NCBI GenBank assembly: GCA_005883585.1
Contig: VBFD01000109.1
Span: forward strand, 35,813 to 99,812
Direction: 5' to 3'
From: Chloroflexota bacterium
GTDB lineage: Bacteria > Chloroflexota > Dormibacteria > Dormibacterales > Dormibacteraceae
DNA length: 64,000 nucleotides
Shown here: piece after piece, positions 59,088 to 64,000 of the stretch
How the letters are laid out: every line of letters starts with the position of its first letter
How positions within the stretch are numbered: position 1 is the stretch's first letter
Position numbers and translations under genes: made by a program
The notes under the pieces: model-generated
What the model saw: only the letters and a program-made list of their open reading frames with translations
What the model was told of the DNA's origin: nothing
Databases searched by the model: none

Positions 59088-61281
59088 TCAGGCGGGCGGC
59101 GGGAGGAGCCGGCGCGTAGTTCGGGTTGAAGTCGATGCCGGCCTGGCCCGAGCCGGTGACCGTCGCGGTCCAGCAGATGACCTGGCCTGCGAGGGGCGCC
59201 TTGTCGGAGCCCTGGATCTCCCAGTTGGAGGACGGGGTGTAGATGGTGCCGATGTACTGGGTCAATGCGTTGCCATCCAGCTTGTTGGGGCTGCACAGCG
59301 GAGCCTGGGCTGGGGGGACGGGGAGTTGGTAGATGACGATCCAGTTGTACTGCTCTCCGCTGAACACGTGTGTGTAGCCGTTGCCGTTCTGGTCGAAGCA
59401 GTCGTTCGGCCCGAAGAAGAACTGCACGGCTCCAGGCGTGATCTTGGCCGTTGTGCAGGGCGCTGCCGGGTCGCCGGTGGGAGAGATGGGCGTCTGCATG
59501 CAGTAGTTCTCATTGGCGACGTCACCACTCGTGTAGGGCACGTACTCGAGGTTCATGGGGCCGTTCTCCTGCGGCACGGCCGCGGCTGGCGGGCAGACGC
59601 TGAAACATGTTGGCGCCGTCTCATCGTCAGGAGCCCAGCAGAGCTGGTTGACGCGCGCCTGTCCGTTGCAGTTGTGCGTCTGCGGCGTCGGAGTGTTGTT
59701 GATTGCGTTGTAGGAGATGCTGCACACCGTCACGCCGGCCGGCGCGCACGGCCACCCTCCCCCCGCGAGGCCGCCAGCGAGGATGGAGCCCGCCACGGGA
59801 GCCGCGAATTGGTTGACGAAGGAGAAGTCATTGCGGAATCCGCCGACGTATGTCCCAACGCATCCCTGGGGGTTTATGTAGACGTTGTAGTACTGCGCTC
59901 CGGGCGCGTTCTGCGTAATGGTGACATTGACGCCCTGGTTGGCCAGATCCGCTGTGGTCACCAAGTGACATGCGGAGGGTGTGCTTTCGCGCATACAGCC
60001 TGGCGGGGCGAAGCAGACATTCCCCGGGACTGTGTTGTCGAAGAACCGGTCGTAACGCACCGATGTCAACTCGATACCCCATGTGCCCGCACCGCCCTGG
60101 TGCTTCAGAGCATTACCTGACGGAACGCCAGTGGCCGCAACCGTGAAGCTGCCCGCGCAGCCGGCGGCGCCCCAGAAATTATTGACTCCCGGCTGCTGGA
60201 TAGTTCCCGCCGCCGTATACAGCTCCTCGTCGGGCGCCTTCAACTCATTGGAGACCAGGCCGCCATGGGATGCGTAACCGCCGTTCCAGGTGTAGATGCC
60301 GGGGTCCAGGAAGAAGCAGACGGAGCTGCTTATGGAGAAGTTGTTGTACGTGCCCGGAGACAGCTCGGTGTACGAGCCCCGATTTGTGGCGATCCCAGGC
60401 CCCGAGTAGAAAGGATAGGAGGGCGTCTGGTACAACGGGTCGGGAAGCGTGGGGGCCGGCACGTTGGGGCCTCCCAGGATGTCGCCTCCGTTGCAGGGAT
60501 TTCCGCCGTTCGTATACGGCGGATATGGGATGAAGCCCGCGCTCGCGTTGTAGCAGTAATAGGCGGCTGAGTTGCAGTTCGAGCCGGTTTGGCCGTAACA
60601 GTTTCCCGCCAGGTGCAGGTTGGAGTCGATACAGGCCGTACCGTTCGTGTAGACGTCTCCAAGCACCGTGAGGCTGCCGGATCCCTGAAGATGGGTGGCG
60701 CAGGCGGCGCTGCTCAGCGTGAGCAGCGCGGGGGTCTGCCGCTGGTTGCCGACGATCGAGGTCGCGCTGGCGACTATGGTGGCAGTGGTCGGGCCGCCGA
60801 AGATCTGCATGAACGCCAGAGGCAGGTAGTGAGTCGCCGTGAAGACGAACTGGTACCCGTTGAACTGGGTGTTCGTGGCCGAGATCGTCAGCAGGTAGCT
60901 GCCACTGTTATAGCTGAGGCTGTAATTGTCTTGCCGCAGGTTGGTCAGGGGTCCCACATAGGTGGGGCAAGGCAGCGTGCAAGTGTTGGAGCTTGGACCG
61001 GAGTAGAGATGCAGGTCGGTCTGGAACACCTGCTCGGCCTGCGGCAGGGTGCTGCCGGTGAGGTCAAGGTAGTTCTCGTACCAATCGCCGGCGGCGAGCG
61101 CCGCCGCATCGACCGCGGTCTGCAGGTCGCGCTTGTCGACATACGCCCGGCCGGAATCAATCGCAAGCCCGAGCATGGCGAACAACACGAGAAGCAGCAG
61201 GGCGATGAGGACGATGGCCTGGCCCTCCTGCAGCTTTCGCTGCCGGGATTTAGGGCGAGTACTCAGCGCGATAAACCGCAT
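59080..61281 (-). CDS. TadG-like (Tad_N) pseudopilin-type protein with very large Cys/Gly/Asn/Thr-rich extracellular region
   Basis: N-terminus ...KLQEGQAIVLIALLLLVLFAMLGLAIDSGRAYVDKRDLQTAVDAAALAAGDW is the TadG/Tad_N signature. It is followed by about 680 aa with some 30 Cys and no vWA (DxSxS) motif seen. Start is ATG 61281 or TTG 61311; both overlap the upstream gene. Confidence 0.65.
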   Translation of the reverse strand: MRFIALSTRPKSRQRKLQEGQAIVLIALLLLVLFAMLGLAIDSGRAYVDKRDLQTAVDAAALAAGDWYENYLDLTGSTLPQAEQVFQTDLHLYSGPSSNTCTLPCPTYVGPLTNLRQDNYSLSYNSGSYLLTISATNTQFNGYQFVFTATHYLPLAFMQIFGGPTTATIVASATSIVGNQRQTPALLTLSSAACATHLQGSGSLTVLGDVYTNGTACIDSNLHLAGNCYGQTGSNCNSAAYYCYNASAGFIPYPPYTNGGNPCNGGDILGGPNVPAPTLPDPLYQTPSYPFYSGPGIATNRGSYTELSPGTYNNFSISSSVCFFLDPGIYTWNGGYASHGGLVSNELKAPDEELYTAAGTIQQPGVNNFWGAAGCAGSFTVAATGVPSGNALKHQGGAGTWGIELTSVRYDRFFDNTVPGNVCFAPPGCMRESTPSACHLVTTADLANQGVNVTITQNAPGAQYYNVYINPQGCVGTYVGGFRNDFSFVNQFAAPVAGSILAGGLAGGGWPCAPAGVTVCSISYNAINNTPTPQTHNCNGQARVNQLCWAPDDETAPTCFSVCPPAAAVPQENGPMNLEYVPYTSGDVANENYCMQTPISPTGDPAAPCTTAKITPGAVQFFFGPNDCFDQNGNGYTHVFSGEQYNWIVIYQLPVPPAQAPLCSPNKLDGNALTQYIGTIYTPSSNWEIQGSDKAPLAGQVICWTATVTGSGQAGIDFNPNYAPAPPAARLIN

Positions 61282-61891
61282 AAGCAGTGATGACGATCTT
61301 GTTGCCGACAACTTGCTGGATTATTGGAGTCAGCGGTTGGAAGTTGAACCACAGCGTCACCTTGATGGGCTCGTTTCCAATGGCGGGCTGGATCGCGTAG
61401 CAGCCAGGACCGGGAGGCGGCAGTGTGCCCAGGCCGCCGCGGGGGCCGTTGGCTGTCGGAGGCGGGTTGCCGCCAGGGCTCGGATCGGTGATGAATATCC
61501 AGCCGGTGTTGGCTGGCGGAACCTGAAGCGAGCCCTGGGGATTGCCGCCGTTTGGAATCGGCCCGTTGGGGCAGGGGTTGGCCAGCACTTCAGTCACGGC
61601 ATGCGCTTGGACCGCTGAGGCGACATCAGCGTCTGTTGGCCAGCAGTGCACATTCGCAGGTGGCGTGCAGCCGACCCCGTTTGGATCGACGTAATCGGAG
61701 GCATGCACGGCGACTCGCGCGCCCTCGTTGGCCGCCTGCTGCAGCGTGATGTAGAAGTACAGGCCGCGCCCGAAGTCGATGATCCCGAAGGTCAGGAGCA
61801 GGATCACGGGTGCGATCAGCGCGAACTCGGTCAGTCCCTGAGACCGTTCGCTGTGTGTCCAGATGCGAACGCGGCTCAACCCATTTCTCAT
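61250..61891 (-). CDS. TadE-like pseudopilin (213 aa)
   Basis: MRNGLSRVRIWTHSERSQG/LTEFALIAPVILLLTFGIIDFGRGLYFYITLQQAANEGARVA is the TadE N-terminal domain. ATGA overlap with the upstream TadE-like gene. The track ORF opens at 62296 out of context. Confidence 0.75.
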   Translation of the reverse strand: MRNGLSRVRIWTHSERSQGLTEFALIAPVILLLTFGIIDFGRGLYFYITLQQAANEGARVAVHASDYVDPNGVGCTPPANVHCWPTDADVASAVQAHAVTEVLANPCPNGPIPNGGNPQGSLQVPPANTGWIFITDPSPGGNPPPTANGPRGGLGTLPPPGPGCYAIQPAIGNEPIKVTLWFNFQPLTPIIQQVVGNKIVITAYAVYRAEYSP

Positions 61892-62493
61892 GGTTTGCCC
61901 TGGATGGTGAAGTGCTCGTTGTACGCCAGGTTGATACCTTGTCCGAAAAGGCTCTGGATGAACGGGGTTATGAGCTTGAAGTTCATGAGCAGCGAGACGT
62001 TGATGTCTCCGAGCCGCCACGAGTTGTCGGGAGGAGGGGCTCCCATCGAACCTGTTTGCGAGGAGCCGCCCGGGTATGTGTAGCAGATGTAGATGTTCAC
62101 GGCCTGCGCCGTGGCGGGAAAGGCGGAGCTGGCGTATGGCTTGTTGTTGAACGCATTTCCGTCGGTCGGAGCCAGGCAGTTCCCCTGCGCCACACCGGTG
62201 CCAACTACGCCGGCGCCCTGGAGCGACTGGTTGACGGTATCCCAGATGGTCTGGTCGTAGAGATAGATGTTCTTCCTGCTCGCGGTGTTGAACCACGCGC
62301 CGTGGCGCGCGCCTTCACGCGCGGCCCCGTCGAGGTTCACAGCGAAGTAGAACGCCCGCGACAGGTCGAGGAGTCCCATCATCAAAAGGAGCAGCACGAT
62401 TGAGGAGATGGCGAACTCCACCAGAGACTGACCGCCCTGTCGGCGGCGGCCGCCGACCTTAGCTTTCACAAGCACAGTGGAATTGAACCCCAT
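61888..62493 (-). CDS. TadE-like pseudopilin (201 aa)
   Basis: ...GGRRRQGG/QSLVEFAISSIVLLLLMMGLLDLSRAFYFAVNLDGAAREGARHGAW. Confidence 0.75.
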   Translation of the reverse strand: MGFNSTVLVKAKVGGRRRQGGQSLVEFAISSIVLLLLMMGLLDLSRAFYFAVNLDGAAREGARHGAWFNTASRKNIYLYDQTIWDTVNQSLQGAGVVGTGVAQGNCLAPTDGNAFNNKPYASSAFPATAQAVNIYICYTYPGGSSQTGSMGAPPPDNSWRLGDINVSLLMNFKLITPFIQSLFGQGINLAYNEHFTIQGKP

Positions 62494-62514
62494 CGGACAG
62501 CAGGATGCTGCGCA

Positions 62515-63672
62515 TTAACCGAATAACGAGGCAGCCACCGATTCCGTGCTCTTTGTAAGCGATCGACTTTTGGCGACCTTACGTCGGAGACGGTTTCGAC
62601 GAGCTTCCAGCGCCGGCGCCTCCTCCGGAAGCCTCGATTGCGCAGCCTCGACGACGGCCAGCGCCAGCTGAGGATCTCGGCGCCGCCACTCGAGCAGCCG
62701 CGCTCGCGCCACAGGCAGCCGGACGTCGGACGCGACTCTCGACTCGAGCCAGCCCAGGAAACTTTCGGCCCCGGCCACCGACTTTCTTCGCCGAGCCAAC
62801 CGGCGCGCGATCAGCAAGCCGGCGGTCGCTGCGGCTTCGTCGGCGGCGAACCCGGCGGCGTTACGCAGCGCTCGCCAGCCGTCCGCACGAGCCCCGCGGC
62901 GGAGTCGGTGCCGGCCGAGCGCCAGCCAGTCAGATGCGTCCATCTCCGCATCGCCGCCGTTGAGCCTGGCCAGGAGCCGGGAGTGGAGGTGCACGAGGCT
63001 GATGACGTCCAGCCGGTTGTGCTCGAGCACGGCGTCCAGGAGCGCGCTGGAACCTCGGCGGAGATAGTCGAAGTACGCGTCGGGGATCAGGGGGCCGGCG
63101 ATCGGATCGTCGCGCTCGTAACCCAGCAGCCGCTCCTCCACCATTCGCAACGTGCAGGTTTCCAGGCGGTGCCGATAAAGGGCCCGGACGAGGGTGAGCA
63201 GATCGACATGCGGCGCCAGGACCAGCTCTCCAGGCATTCGGGCCATCACCCACCGGGTTCTCAGCACAGGCAGGTCGAACGAGCCGCCGTTGAAGCTCGC
63301 CACTCCTTCTTCGCCGGCGATTTCCTGGCGCAGCTGGTGCAGGAATGCGGCCTCGAGGCCTGGCTGCGGGAGGAACAGCTGGGCAAGCCGCAGGCCGCAG
63401 TCGATGGGGCGCGCGACGGCGGCCGCGAAGACGTAGGTTCCCGCTCCGCCGCCCAGCCCCGTCGTCTCCGTGTCGATGTAGGCGACCGATCCCGGATATG
63501 GATCCAAAGCGGGGAGCGGCACGACGTCCTCGCGGAGCAGCGCATCCCCGAATGGAGTCGCCACGGCCTCGAAACCTCGCGGCACGAAGTGCTGTGGACG
63601 TGGACGCGGCCTGGGCGGGGCGCCTAGACGATCAAGGCGATCTCTGAGGTCGCTGACAGCAGTCGCAGGCAT
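62515..63672 (-). CDS. RNase-H-like 3'-5' exonuclease domain protein, YprB/MrfB-like
   Basis: SVAYIDTETTGLGGGAGTYVF (DEDD-type exo I motif), FNGGSFDLPVL, and EHNRLDVISL (exo III-like H-x4-D). Helical-repeat C-terminus. ATG 63672 lies inside ORF 62515..63906. Confidence 0.65.
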   Translation of the reverse strand: MPATAVSDLRDRLDRLGAPPRPRPRPQHFVPRGFEAVATPFGDALLREDVVPLPALDPYPGSVAYIDTETTGLGGGAGTYVFAAAVARPIDCGLRLAQLFLPQPGLEAAFLHQLRQEIAGEEGVASFNGGSFDLPVLRTRWVMARMPGELVLAPHVDLLTLVRALYRHRLETCTLRMVEERLLGYERDDPIAGPLIPDAYFDYLRRGSSALLDAVLEHNRLDVISLVHLHSRLLARLNGGDAEMDASDWLALGRHRLRRGARADGWRALRNAAGFAADEAAATAGLLIARRLARRRKSVAGAESFLGWLESRVASDVRLPVARARLLEWRRRDPQLALAVVEAAQSRLPEEAPALEARRNRLRRKVAKSRSLTKSTESVAASLFG

Positions 63673-64000
63673 GCGCTCTTGGCTCCTTCCACGAGATGCA
63701 GCGGACCCACGCACGAGGGACAGCCGGCCAGGCATGGGCACTCGCGCACGAGGGCCGCCGCGTGCTCGAGCAGCTCGCGGTGTAGCTCGTACATGCGCCG
63801 CGAGTAGCCAACGCCGCCGGGATAGATCTCGTAGACGGTCACGGTCGGCAAGCGCGTCGTCGCGGAGCGAACTTCGGCGACCGCGCCCAGGTCGCGCGGG
63901 TCGCACATCAACCGGATGCTGGCGACGTGGCGCAGAGAATGCGCAATACCCTGAAGACCGGCTTCCAACGTTTCGCGGCCGAGCGCCGACCAGAGGCCTT
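63624..64000 (-). CDS. C-terminal DUF1998 (MrfA Zn-binding) end of a DEAD/DEAH helicase, YprA/MrfA-like (5' part outside window)
   Basis: The reading frame stays open to the window edge. ...HSLRHVASIRLMCDPRDLG...IYPGGVGYS...CPCLAGCPSCVGP is the four-Cys DUF1998 signature. Confidence 0.7.
   Translation of the reverse strand, partial: GLWSALGRETLEAGLQGIAHSLRHVASIRLMCDPRDLGAVAEVRSATTRLPTVTVYEIYPGGVGYSRRMYELHRELLEHAAALVRECPCLAGCPSCVGPLHLVEGAKSACLRLLSATSEIALIV

Noticed and set aside
59080-62493. Possibility that this is a complete Tad/Flp pilus locus
   Set aside because: Only TadE, TadE and TadG-like genes are present. No flp pilin ORF, prepilin peptidase, CpaF/TadA, TadB/C, TadZ or secretin is recognisable in the window.
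62638-63627. 329-aa + strand ORF
   Set aside because: Antisense to the RNase-H-like exonuclease gene.
1-64000. Search for mobile elements, prophage, integrase, tRNA/rRNA, toxin-antitoxin or known defence genes
   Set aside because: None were recognised by eye on either strand. The nucleotidyltransferase-fold gene (35009-35926) is 305 aa, has no HEPN partner, and is embedded in a glycan operon, so it does not look like an MNT-HEPN toxin-antitoxin.

Overview
GC-rich (by eye mid to upper 60s %, not computed), gene-dense chromosomal segment with about 65 protein-coding genes on both strands. I recognise no rRNA, tRNA, CRISPR array, transposase, integrase or phage gene. Gene content (LAxTG sorting signal, MshD-like double GNAT, GT87/DUF2029, DUF1906, OtsA, TadE/TadG, long-form IlvE) suggests an actinobacterium-like or related high-GC monoderm lineage; this is inference only.

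Content by theme:
- Envelope biogenesis: two class A PBPs, OtsA, YggT, a DUF1906-like hydrolase, a CAP-domain protein, GT87 and a sortase-substrate fibril protein.
- Signalling: a poly-HAMP protein, two paralogous GAF/HisKA_3 kinases, a NarL-type regulator, a GAF-GGDEF cyclase and an ECF sigma factor.
- Ion homeostasis: MscL, two CDF transporters and an RCK K+ channel.
- Housekeeping metabolism: IlvE, PruA, AspA, two crotonases, FadD, GreA and Ppx.

Many long ORFs in the track are antisense or out-of-frame shadows typical of high-GC DNA, and several real genes start well inside the listed ORF.

Most unusual items:
1. A tightly coupled seven-gene minus-strand operon (35926 to 27609). It is built around a 1195-aa fusion of a processive GT2 synthase, a polytopic membrane module and a beta-rich domain, with a B12-radical-SAM enzyme, a beta-propeller lipoprotein, DoxX, a SAM methyltransferase and a nucleotidyltransferase-fold protein.
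2. An operon encoding a GNAT, an S53 lipoprotein peptidase, a PrsW-like membrane protein and a zinc-ribbon membrane protein (47159 to 42668).
3. An MrfA/MrfB-like helicase-exonuclease pair running straight into an orphan tadE-tadE-tadG pseudopilin set with a 733-aa cysteine-rich TadG.
4. An LAATG-anchored low-complexity fibril protein full of in-frame microsatellites.
5. Domain oddities in MscL (zinc-ribbon tail), a CDF (three tandem C-terminal domains) and a K+ channel (TVGYS filter).

All family calls come from motif recognition by eye. No database search was run.
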